A stretch of DNA of 27,048 bases from Gemmatimonadota bacterium (GTDB taxonomy: Bacteria; Gemmatimonadota; Gemmatimonadetes; Palauibacterales; Palauibacteraceae), in assembly GCA_046758745.1 (NCBI GenBank), contig JBHIAV010000039.1:1-27048 (forward strand), read 5' to 3'. Of the stretch, positions 1-6,986 are shown in pieces; position 1 is the first letter of the stretch; each line of letters starts with the position of its first letter. The position numbers were made by a program, and so were the translations under genes. The notes beneath the pieces were generated by a model. It ran no database searches. It was given only the letters and a program-made list of their open reading frames with translations, and was not told the DNA's origin.

Positions 1-151
1 GATGGTGGCCGGCGCGTGCAAGGATGGTGACCGGCGCGGCCGCCGGGTGCCGGAGCGCTGGCGGATGTGGCCTTGTCGACGAGTGCGGCGAAAAACGGCC
101 TCGCCCGAGCGGAGATTCAGCTCCGAACGGAGGTGGCGGGACGGCGGCGGG

Positions 152-901
152 TCAGGGCGCGCGGCCCCGCCTGTCGCGCGCTCTCGACGGGGGGCCGCTC
201 CCCGGAGGGACCGGGGGACCGGCCGGGGCTTGCGCGCCGCGCGTGCGTCGCCGCGGCTGTGCGTCGCGCGCCGGAGGGGTCACGCCCCGGTCCGTGAGGC
301 CACGGCGCACCGCGTCGGCCGCCCGACCCGGGGGCTCACCGAGCTGGATGCGGCGGCGAACCTCCGCGGAGTAACCCAGCAGGCGCTCTCCCCCTTCTCC
401 GCGCTGCAGGGCCCACGTGACCACTTCGAGGGCGTGGTCGACGGGGACGTGCGCCGCCGCCAGCTCACCGAGGACCAGTACCGCGATCGCGATGTCGCCC
501 GGGTTTTCCCGCGCGACGAAACGGATGGCGTCGGGGGAAGCGCCGCGTCGGATGGCATCGGCCGTCACGGCGAGCGTGGCCGCCTCCCGCCCGGGACCCA
601 GCAGCGCACGGGCCTCGCGCAGGCGGTCGGCGTATTCGTCGAGGACCGGCAGGATCCGCTCCGCGGGAACGCCCTTCGCGGCGCCTTCGAGAGCCTTTCG
701 GTAGACGAGCTCCGAGGGTACGCCGTCCCGCTCCGCATCCGCCGCGATGTGCTCCACCCGGGAGGCCGGCAGCCGGGGCAGGACGGAGCGAACGCGCTCC
801 AGGAGCGGCTCCTGAGCGGCGAGCGCCGGGAGCGGCAACAGGAGGGCCACAACGAGGGCCCGCAGAACCAACCTGACTCTATTCAAGGCGCGAATCGTCA
901 T
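152..901 (-). CDS. Secreted alpha-helical hypothetical protein (signal peptide, repeated G-[VA]-[PS] helix-turn units, Pro/Arg-rich tail)
   Basis: ORF 152..928, with the ATG at 901 preferred (MTIRALNRVRLVLRALVVALLLPLPALAA|QEP, a Sec signal). Recurrent DGVPSELV/KGVPAERI/RGASPDAI/AHVPVDHA segments. Start is uncertain (GTG 928 is the alternative). Confidence 0.7.
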   Translation of the reverse strand: MTIRALNRVRLVLRALVVALLLPLPALAAQEPLLERVRSVLPRLPASRVEHIAADAERDGVPSELVYRKALEGAAKGVPAERILPVLDEYADRLREARALLGPGREAATLAVTADAIRRGASPDAIRFVARENPGDIAIAVLVLGELAAAHVPVDHALEVVTWALQRGEGGERLLGYSAEVRRRIQLGEPPGRAADAVRRGLTDRGVTPPARDAQPRRRTRGAQAPAGPPVPPGSGPPSRARDRRGRAP

Positions 902-978
902 GTGAAAAAAGTACAGTCGCCTCCTCACGCTGCGCGAGGCGCTCCGAAACGGGGCCGAACACGCCTCATCAACCCGTA

Positions 979-1004
979 GACGAATCCGGGGTGAAAAAAG
1001 TCAC
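979..1004 (-). promoter_or_regulatory. Putative ECF sigma promoter GTGAC-N17-CGTC (copy 1)
   Basis: Minus strand cGTGACttttttcaccccggatTCGTCta, upstream of the 152..901 gene. Same spacing as the copies at 3483 and 4768. Confidence 0.65.
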
Positions 1005-2155
1005 GGTCCCGGCGGGACCACCAGCGTGGCGCTTCTTCTCCCCCACTCGTCCTCCACCGAGCGCTCGGACCCCGGCGGGACGAACCATTGCCCATCGACC
1101 AGGAACCCGAACCGGTAGACGCCGGGGGCGACCGGTACGGTGACGGTCCATCGTCCGTCTCCCTCCTCCCTCATCGGGACGGGCTTCCAATCGGAGAAAT
1201 CTCCCAGCACTTGGGCGTCTCGCGCGCCCTGCCGCCGAAGCTCGAACCGCACGGCCGCGTGGCCGGCACCGACCAGGGTGTACAGCGGCTTCGGCCCCGC
1301 AGTGAAGCGGAGAGCCCGCCAGCCGAGCAGGGCGGCCGTGCTCACCCCCGCGGGGGCCTCGAGGAGGGGGTCGGGTCCGAACCGCCCGCCGGACAGCTGA
1401 CCCTCCCAGGAGCGACCGATCGGGAAGCGCAGGGCGGCGGTCGCCACCAGCTCGCCCCCCTCGGGAGTGTCCCAGCCCCGAAGCTCCACGACCCAGTCGA
1501 CGCCTCTCACCGAACCGTGAGCGCCGGCGAAGATGGAGGCGTACTCGCTCTCCCGCGCCGCGCGGAACCCCTCGGCGCCGGCCCTAAGGACCGCCGAGCC
1601 GAGCTCGTGAAGGAGCTCGAGACCGCCGCCGTAGCTCCACAGGTCGGAGGTGACGGCCGGCTCGCTCTCAGCGCGGGAAGAGCCGACGCGCGACCGACCG
1701 ATCCCGCCGGCGCCGTACAGCCGTGCCGTCGTGCCGCCGAACCTGTGGCGGAGCTCCGGCTCCGCCCGGACCACCGCGGCCCGGTAGGGCAGAGCGCCTC
1801 CCACCGTGAACGCCTCGCCGACCACCCCGAGGCCGAGGTGAGTGCCGCCCCCGACGGGGAAGAGTCCACCCAACCCGGCCTCCAGGGACGCCCAGTCGCC
1901 GGAGTCGCGGCGCAGGGCGACCCCCCCGTGGAGCGCACCGAACAGCCAGGCGCTCGAGGAGAGAGCCGGCTCCACCCGCACCCCCCCCACGAGATAGGAG
2001 GATGACCCGCCCGGCGCTCCGGCGGGAGGCAGGGCGTGCGCGGCACCGATGTCCACGGTGAGATGACCACTCTGTGCCGATGCGGGTCGTGCCGCGAGAA
2101 GGATAAAGAGCAGCGCCCAGCCTGAACCTGGTGCTTTCGATGGCGGCCGGGTCAC
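1001..2155 (-). CDS. Predicted outer-membrane beta-barrel protein with C-terminal AMPK-beta/CBM48-like glycogen-binding domain
   Basis: Signal peptide (WALLFILLAARPASA|Q) followed by about 260 aa of alternating amphipathic Gly/aromatic strands. C-terminus VRFELRRQGARDAQVLGDFSDWKPVPM...DGRWTVTVPVAPGVYRFGFLVDGQW matches the CBM48/AMPK1_CBM pattern (GDF.DW, W, PG.Y.Y.F.VDG.W). Confidence 0.75.
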   Translation of the reverse strand: MTRPPSKAPGSGWALLFILLAARPASAQSGHLTVDIGAAHALPPAGAPGGSSSYLVGGVRVEPALSSSAWLFGALHGGVALRRDSGDWASLEAGLGGLFPVGGGTHLGLGVVGEAFTVGGALPYRAAVVRAEPELRHRFGGTTARLYGAGGIGRSRVGSSRAESEPAVTSDLWSYGGGLELLHELGSAVLRAGAEGFRAARESEYASIFAGAHGSVRGVDWVVELRGWDTPEGGELVATAALRFPIGRSWEGQLSGGRFGPDPLLEAPAGVSTAALLGWRALRFTAGPKPLYTLVGAGHAAVRFELRRQGARDAQVLGDFSDWKPVPMREEGDGRWTVTVPVAPGVYRFGFLVDGQWFVPPGSERSVEDEWGRRSATLVVPPGP

Positions 2156-2275
2156 TCCAGAGATGAAAACCTCCGGCTTACCGGTGCGGCGTCCGCCGCC
2201 GGTCGAAGCTATCGCTGCGAGACGCTGTTTATCGCTGTGAGGCGATCGACCCGCCAGGGTCGAGGTCGCGGGACA

Positions 2276-2908
2276 TTAGGTTCCGCTTGGGGGCGTCGCA
2301 ACGGCGAGAACGGCGTTCCGGTTGCCGAAGCCGTCGTCCGAGTACCTCTCGGCGTGAGGATCGGTGACCCAGGTAGAGCCGTCCAGAACGAACATGTACT
2401 GGTGGACTCCCGGGGCGAGCCGCGCGCGACCCGACCACACTCCGTCTCCATCGGCGTCGTCGAGGCGGATGGTCGGCTTCCAGCCGCTGAAGTCCCCCGC
2501 CACCGCTACCGTGCGGGCCGACGGTGCCTCGACGAGGAACTGCACGTAGACCACCGGCTCGGCCTCCCCGTTCCCGGCTCCGGCGAGGTCGGCCTGCGAC
2601 GGCCCGCCGCTCCACGGGCGGATGGCGACCAGCAGCAGTAGGCCGAGCACCGCGGCCGCCGCGAGCGGCGATACCCGGATGGCCCGCGGCCGCACCAGCC
2701 AGGCCAGCCAGGCGGGATGGTGCGACGCCGCCGAGGTGCGGAGATCCCGCATGACGCCGGCCTGAAGCCACGCCGGAGCCTCGGCAGGGGCCTGGTCGGC
2801 GATATCCGCCAGGAAGGCCTCCCATCGCTCCGCCTCGGCTCGCAGCTCGGGGGGTAGGCCCTCCCGGCCCAGCTCGCCATCCAGATAGGCGTGCAGCTCT
2901 TCTCTCAT
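2276..2908 (-). CDS. Membrane anti-sigma factor with extracytoplasmic AMPK-beta/CBM48-like glycogen-binding domain
   Basis: ATG at 2908 overlaps the sigma stop (ATGA). N-terminus MREELHAYLDGEL is an anti-sigma-domain start without HxxxCxxC. One TM helix (PLAAAAVLGLLLLVAI), then VQFLVEAPSARTVAVAGDFSGWKP...DGDGVWSGRARLAPGVHQYMFVLDGSTWVTDP...DDGFGNRNAVL. Confidence 0.85.
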   Translation of the reverse strand: MREELHAYLDGELGREGLPPELRAEAERWEAFLADIADQAPAEAPAWLQAGVMRDLRTSAASHHPAWLAWLVRPRAIRVSPLAAAAVLGLLLLVAIRPWSGGPSQADLAGAGNGEAEPVVYVQFLVEAPSARTVAVAGDFSGWKPTIRLDDADGDGVWSGRARLAPGVHQYMFVLDGSTWVTDPHAERYSDDGFGNRNAVLAVATPPSGT

Positions 2909-3420
2909 CGATACGCCTCGAGCAGCTTCCGCAGCTCCTCGCGCGCCCGGTGCACCCGCATCTTCAGAGCGGGGATCGACGCGCCGAGCAGCTCCGACAT
3001 CTCCTCGTATGAGCACCCTTCGACGTGCTTCAAGACGAACGCCTCCCTCTGCTCCACAGGCAGCGACAGTAGGGCCCGACCGATCAGGATGGCCAGCTCC
3101 CTCCGCTCGAGCGTCGATGCGGGCTGTCCGAGATCGCTCACCGGCTCCGGGACCTCCTCCAGCCCCACGTCACGACGCCGCCGGCTCTTCAGATAATCTT
3201 TGCAGGCGTTCGCGGCGATCCGGAAGAGCCAGGCCCCGACCCGTTCCGGGCTGCGACACAGCCGCAGGCTCCGGTACCCCTTGACGAGCGCCGCCTGCAC
3301 GATATCGGCCGCATCGTCGGGCCGTCCCGTCATCCGCTCGACGTAGCGGTAAAGCAAGTCCTGGTAGCGACGTACGAGGATCCCGTACGCCTCCACCTCT
3401 CCGCCGAGAACCGCGCGCAC
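2905..3420 (-). CDS. ECF-family RNA polymerase sigma factor (ECF-1)
   Basis: Region 2 (LVRRYQDLLYRY...DAADIVQ...AWLFRIAANACKDYLK) and region 4 (LPVEQREAFVLKHVEGCSYEEMSELLGASIPALKMRVHRAREEL). The start may lie further upstream. Confidence 0.93.
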   Translation of the reverse strand: MRAVLGGEVEAYGILVRRYQDLLYRYVERMTGRPDDAADIVQAALVKGYRSLRLCRSPERVGAWLFRIAANACKDYLKSRRRRDVGLEEVPEPVSDLGQPASTLERRELAILIGRALLSLPVEQREAFVLKHVEGCSYEEMSELLGASIPALKMRVHRAREELRKLLEAYR

Positions 3421-3482
3421 GACCTCGACGTCCTCCCGCCGGGCACCCGGCGGCTGGCGATCGACCGAGTCCTGTATAATGG

Positions 3483-3509
3483 GACGACTCCCCGCGGTCG
3501 AAGGTCACA
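3483..3509 (-). promoter_or_regulatory. Putative autoregulatory ECF promoter TGTGAC-N17-CGTC (copy 2)
   Basis: Minus strand TGTGACcttcgaccgcggggagTCGTCcc, directly upstream of the ECF-1 gene. Confidence 0.7.
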
Positions 3510-3537
3510 GGAAGACTACCGTCGCGGGACCTCCGTA

Positions 3538-3576
3538 CAAGAAACGCGCCGGAACCCCGCGGGGGAGGCTCCGGCG
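3538..3576 (-). terminator. Probable rho-independent terminator downstream of the DUF4382-like gene
   Basis: Minus-strand RNA CGCCGGAGCCUC-loop-GGGGUUCCGGCG forms a 12-bp stem whose two G.U pairs are valid only on this strand. It is followed by CGUUUCUUGU. Confidence 0.55.
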
Positions 3577-3711
3577 GAACGGTGCGCCCTCCGGCCATCG
3601 AACCCGGATCGAGGGATTCCGGCGCGCCACCCCCGACGGAGGGCCGGCTTCCCCTTAAGATCGGAGGCGCCGTTCGTCAACCTCCTCACGATCGGGGGGC
3701 TGCTCACGTCG

Positions 3712-4683
3712 TCAACCTCCGGCCGTCACGCAAGCTGCGCCGCCGATCACGTAATCCGCCATCGCGACGCCGTCGGACGTCACCTCGACCGTTCCCGGCG
3801 TCACCCCCACGTCGGAGAACGAGACGCTGTCGCCGTTCCCGAGCTCGATCGCGGAGGCGTGCCCCATCTCCCAGGAGCCGGGGGGCACGAAGAGAATCCG
3901 GTAGCTGCCGTCACCGTCGGTGGTGCCGGACTTCACCAGCTCACCGGAGGTCGCGCGCGGGAGGAAGAGCGACAGCAGGTCGGCCTCGGCCAGGTCCCCT
4001 CCTCCGCAGGAGAGCGGGAAGGAGACGAGAGGCGCTCCGCCCGCGTCCGTACCGATCGACACGGTGCCGAGGATCGATCCGGTCACGGTGAACTCGCTCG
4101 CCTGCATCACCGGGTGCATCACCCACATGCCGGACTTGCCCGCCTGGCGGCCGTAGCTCTGGCTCACGTCGAAGTCCACCACGACGATCTGCTGACCGCT
4201 CTCCAGTGTGATCGAGCCTCCGGGGAGATTCACCTTGAGCCCGCTCTGCGCGCAGCTCGGGCACTTGAGGGTGCCGGCCCACGTGCCGGTGGCCTCCTCC
4301 AGCTCCTCCATCGAGACACCCTCCGACGCGTAGATCTGGCCGCCCACCTGGAGGGCGCCCCTCCCGATGACGAAGCGGAGCTGCGTGTACGTCCCCGCCG
4401 GGATCTCCAGCCCCTCGACGATCGGCTCGCTTCCGCCGCTCGCCAGCTGGGTCATCTCGATCAGCCCGGTCGGCGCATCCAGAAGAGTGATCGTGCCGCC
4501 GCTCCCCTGCAGGGTGATCTCGCTCACCTCTACCCAGGCGTATTCGATGTCGCCCGGGTCGTCGGTGAGGAGGACGGTGAGCCGCGTAGTGCCCTGCGTG
4601 CCCGTCGGCCCGTCGCCGCACGCGACCACGCTCACGGCCAGAAGGGACGACGCGAGGATGGTGCGTAGATGATAGCGCTGCAT
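3712..4683 (-). CDS. DUF4382-like lipoprotein
   Basis: Lipobox VVAC. The segments LTVLLTDDP...AWVEVSEI, IPAGTYTQLRF, LKCPSCAQSGLKV, VVDFDVSQS and WVMHPV match the DUF4382 pattern, followed by a C-terminal beta-sandwich (G.Y.I.FVPPG.W). GGAGG SD upstream. Confidence 0.8.
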   Translation of the reverse strand: MQRYHLRTILASSLLAVSVVACGDGPTGTQGTTRLTVLLTDDPGDIEYAWVEVSEITLQGSGGTITLLDAPTGLIEMTQLASGGSEPIVEGLEIPAGTYTQLRFVIGRGALQVGGQIYASEGVSMEELEEATGTWAGTLKCPSCAQSGLKVNLPGGSITLESGQQIVVVDFDVSQSYGRQAGKSGMWVMHPVMQASEFTVTGSILGTVSIGTDAGGAPLVSFPLSCGGGDLAEADLLSLFLPRATSGELVKSGTTDGDGSYRILFVPPGSWEMGHASAIELGNGDSVSFSDVGVTPGTVEVTSDGVAMADYVIGGAACVTAGG

Positions 4684-4767
4684 GATGCCTCCCCCTCCAC
4701 TTGTGCTTCACACGAACGCCGACGGCTCTGGACTCCCCCGAGCCGGTTGACGAGCCTCACAGAGAAG

Positions 4768-4794
4768 GACGAGCGGGTGGGATCCAGCGTCACA
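4768..4794 (-). promoter_or_regulatory. Putative ECF promoter TGTGAC-N17-CGTC (copy 3)
   Basis: Minus strand TGTGACgctggatcccacccgcTCGTCct, about 85 nt upstream of the DUF4382-like ATG. Confidence 0.65.
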
Positions 4795-4842
4795 TCGCCG
4801 GCGGGAGGGCAGAAGCTCGGGCGGGCGCTCCGCCGCGCGGGA

Positions 4843-6894
4843 TCACGGGAACGGCGCTCCGCCGCCCGGGATCACGTGAAGCGCGCTCCGGCGCAGGGAG
4901 ATCCGCCATCGCTTCTCCCGCGCGATCCCGAGCGACTCGTACGAGCGGACTGGGAGCTCGATCTCCAGAACCAGCAGGGAGTTATCCTCCCGGGTGTCGA
5001 CGAGGAAATGCAGCGTGTAACTGGCACCCCGGAGGCGCTCCGCGGCGACCCGACCGGCCAGCACGTTCTCGTCGGCGGGCGGCCGCACAGGCTGCCCGTG
5101 CTTCAGGATCACCACGTCCTCGGGACGCACGCACACGAAGGCCCGCCGCCCCGGTTGGAGCGTCCGGACGCCCGGGGGGGCCTCCACCTCGACGCCTCCC
5201 TCGAGCCTCAGTACGGGTCCGTCCGGGCCGGAACTCGTCACCTCCGCGGGTAGGAGGTTCCGCACGCCGACGAAGCGGGCCACGTCGTACGTCGCGGGGT
5301 GACGGATGACGTCGAGCGGCTTGCCCACCTGCTCGATCCGCCCGCTGGAGAGCACGGCCAGGCGGTCGCCGAGCGAGCAGGCGTCCCGCAGGTCATGCGT
5401 CACGTAGATCACGCACAGGCCGTACGCCTCCCGGATGCGGGTGACGTCTCCATGCAGCCGTTCTCTCATGTTCTGATCGAGCGAGGAGAAGGGCTCGTCG
5501 AGGAGGAGGACGCGCGGTCGGCGGATGAGCGCCCGGGCGAGCGCCACCCGTTGCTGCTGGCCTCCCGAGAGCTCGGCGGGATAGCGCGCCTCGAGGCCCT
5601 CGAGCCGCGTGAGGGCGAGAAGCTCCCGAGCCCGGGCCTCTCCCCCGTCGGACGGGGCGGCGAAGAGGATGTTCTCGCGCACCGTGAGGTGCGGAAAAAG
5701 GGCGTGCGCCTGGAAGACCATCCCCACCGGCCGGAGGTGCGGCGGAACCCACACGGCGCCGGTAGGACCGTCAGCGAAGGCCGGTCTCCCAACCAGCACG
5801 AGGCGGCCGGAGTCCGGGCGGGCGAGGCCCGCCAGCAGGCGGAGGAGCGTGCTCTTCCCCGCACCGGACGGGCCGAACAGGGAGAGCACCTCCTCCCCCG
5901 CTCGGAGCTCGACGTCCAGCTCGAACGCGCCGAGCCGGTACCGGAGCTCCGCCTCCACGAGCGGCCGTGCCGCGGTGGCGCGCCGCGGGCCACCGTGCGA
6001 GCCGGCCAGCTCGAGCGGCCCCACCCCCCGGGCGGGCCCCCGCTCCTGCGCCGGCCCCCGGAGCACACCGGAGCGCCCCGGGCGGACGAGAGCAGGCCCC
6101 CGGCGCATGAGGAGTTGCGCCACCCCGAGGGCACCGAGGGCGAGGAGGAGCGCGAGGAGCGCCACGGGGAGAGCGGCCCGCAGGCCGCGCCCGGTCAGCT
6201 CCAGCCACAGGTAAACCGGGAGGGTGTGAGGGTGATAGGCGAGAACGACGGTGGCGCCGAACTCGCCGATCGCCCGCATCCAGGCGAGGGCGAGCCCGGC
6301 CAGGACGCCGTGCCGCGCGAGGGGCAGGGCCACGCGGCGAAACGTCTCCCCTCGCGTGCGGCCGAGCGTCGCTGCGGCCGCTTCGAGGAGAGGATCCACG
6401 GAGCGGAAGGCAGCCTCGGAGGTGAGAACGACGAAGGGAGCCGCGACGAAGAGTTGCGCGAGCACGATCCCCCCGAAGGCGTTGATGAGGGTCCAACCGG
6501 ATCCCTCCAGCAGGCGGCCCACCACCCCGGCTGGTCCGAACACGTTGAGGAGCAGCACACCCGCCGCGACGGGAGGGAGCACGGTGGGGAGGAGAACGAG
6601 GACGCGCGCCAACCATCCCCACCGCGATTCGCTGCGGGCCAGGAGATAACCGCTCGGGATCCCCAGCAGGGCCATGATCGACGTCGCGAGGGTGGCGCTG
6701 GCCAGGGAGATGCCGACCGCCCGGCCGAGCCCGCCCCGCCGCAGCTGACCGGCGAGCTCCCCCGCCGAGACCTCCGGCAGGAGGAGCGCGAGCGGAAGGA
6801 GGAAGAGGACGAGGAGTAGCGCCGCGAAGACGAGAAAAAGCCCCCGGGCCGTGATCCAGCCTCCTTCACCATACGTTCTCGCGCGTCTGCTCAT
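4843..6894 (-). CDS. Fused molybdate/tungstate ABC permease + ATPase + TOBE (ModBC/WtpBC-like)
   Basis: N-half is ModB-like (LPTVLPPVAAG, AQLFVAAPF, LEAAAATLG, RAIGEFGAT). C-half has Walker A GPSGAGKST, VGMVFQAHALFPHLTV, LSGGQQQRVALARAL, LLLDEPFSSLD, YVTHD and a TOBE-like tail. Start at ATG 6894 (6921 is the alternative). Confidence 0.88.
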   Translation of the reverse strand: MSRRARTYGEGGWITARGLFLVFAALLLVLFLLPLALLLPEVSAGELAGQLRRGGLGRAVGISLASATLATSIMALLGIPSGYLLARSESRWGWLARVLVLLPTVLPPVAAGVLLLNVFGPAGVVGRLLEGSGWTLINAFGGIVLAQLFVAAPFVVLTSEAAFRSVDPLLEAAAATLGRTRGETFRRVALPLARHGVLAGLALAWMRAIGEFGATVVLAYHPHTLPVYLWLELTGRGLRAALPVALLALLLALGALGVAQLLMRRGPALVRPGRSGVLRGPAQERGPARGVGPLELAGSHGGPRRATAARPLVEAELRYRLGAFELDVELRAGEEVLSLFGPSGAGKSTLLRLLAGLARPDSGRLVLVGRPAFADGPTGAVWVPPHLRPVGMVFQAHALFPHLTVRENILFAAPSDGGEARARELLALTRLEGLEARYPAELSGGQQQRVALARALIRRPRVLLLDEPFSSLDQNMRERLHGDVTRIREAYGLCVIYVTHDLRDACSLGDRLAVLSSGRIEQVGKPLDVIRHPATYDVARFVGVRNLLPAEVTSSGPDGPVLRLEGGVEVEAPPGVRTLQPGRRAFVCVRPEDVVILKHGQPVRPPADENVLAGRVAAERLRGASYTLHFLVDTREDNSLLVLEIELPVRSYESLGIAREKRWRISLRRSALHVIPGGGAPFP

Positions 6895-6948
6895 CGATTC
6901 GCTCCGAGTGGACGATGCCACTCCGGGAGACGGCCAGCCAGCGCCGTC

Positions 6949-6978
6949 GTGACAGGCGTCGACCGGCCGTGATAGCTT
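6949..6978 (+). promoter_or_regulatory. Sigma70-type promoter (GTGACA-N18-TAGCTT with extended -10 TG), probably giving a leaderless mRNA
   Basis: TGaTAGCTT ends 8 nt before ATG 6987 and there is no SD sequence. Confidence 0.45.
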
Positions 6979-6986
6979 TGCTCGGG

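Noticed and set aside
2-979. Long plus-strand ORF (325 aa) and the many other antisense or alternate-frame ORFs (e.g. 5299..6819, 15758..17947, 23462..25120, 23670..25346)
   Set aside because: Shadow ORFs typical of high-GC DNA: Arg/Pro/Gly-rich, motif-free and overlapping well-supported genes.
2210-2246. ModE box (ATCGCT...GCGAT resemblance)
   Set aside because: It lacks the TATAT core and is not upstream of the molybdate genes.
3584-3711. Possible structured ncRNA in the DUF4382-sigma intergenic region (CCCTCCG...CGGAGGG stem)
   Set aside because: No recognisable RNA family and only short GC stems. Most simply a 3' UTR.
6929-6954. Minus-strand TGTCAC-N16-CGTC upstream of modBC as a fourth ECF-1 promoter
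   Set aside because: The -35 differs, the spacer is one base shorter, and the same bases serve as the likely -35 of the plus-strand promoter. Too ambiguous to call.
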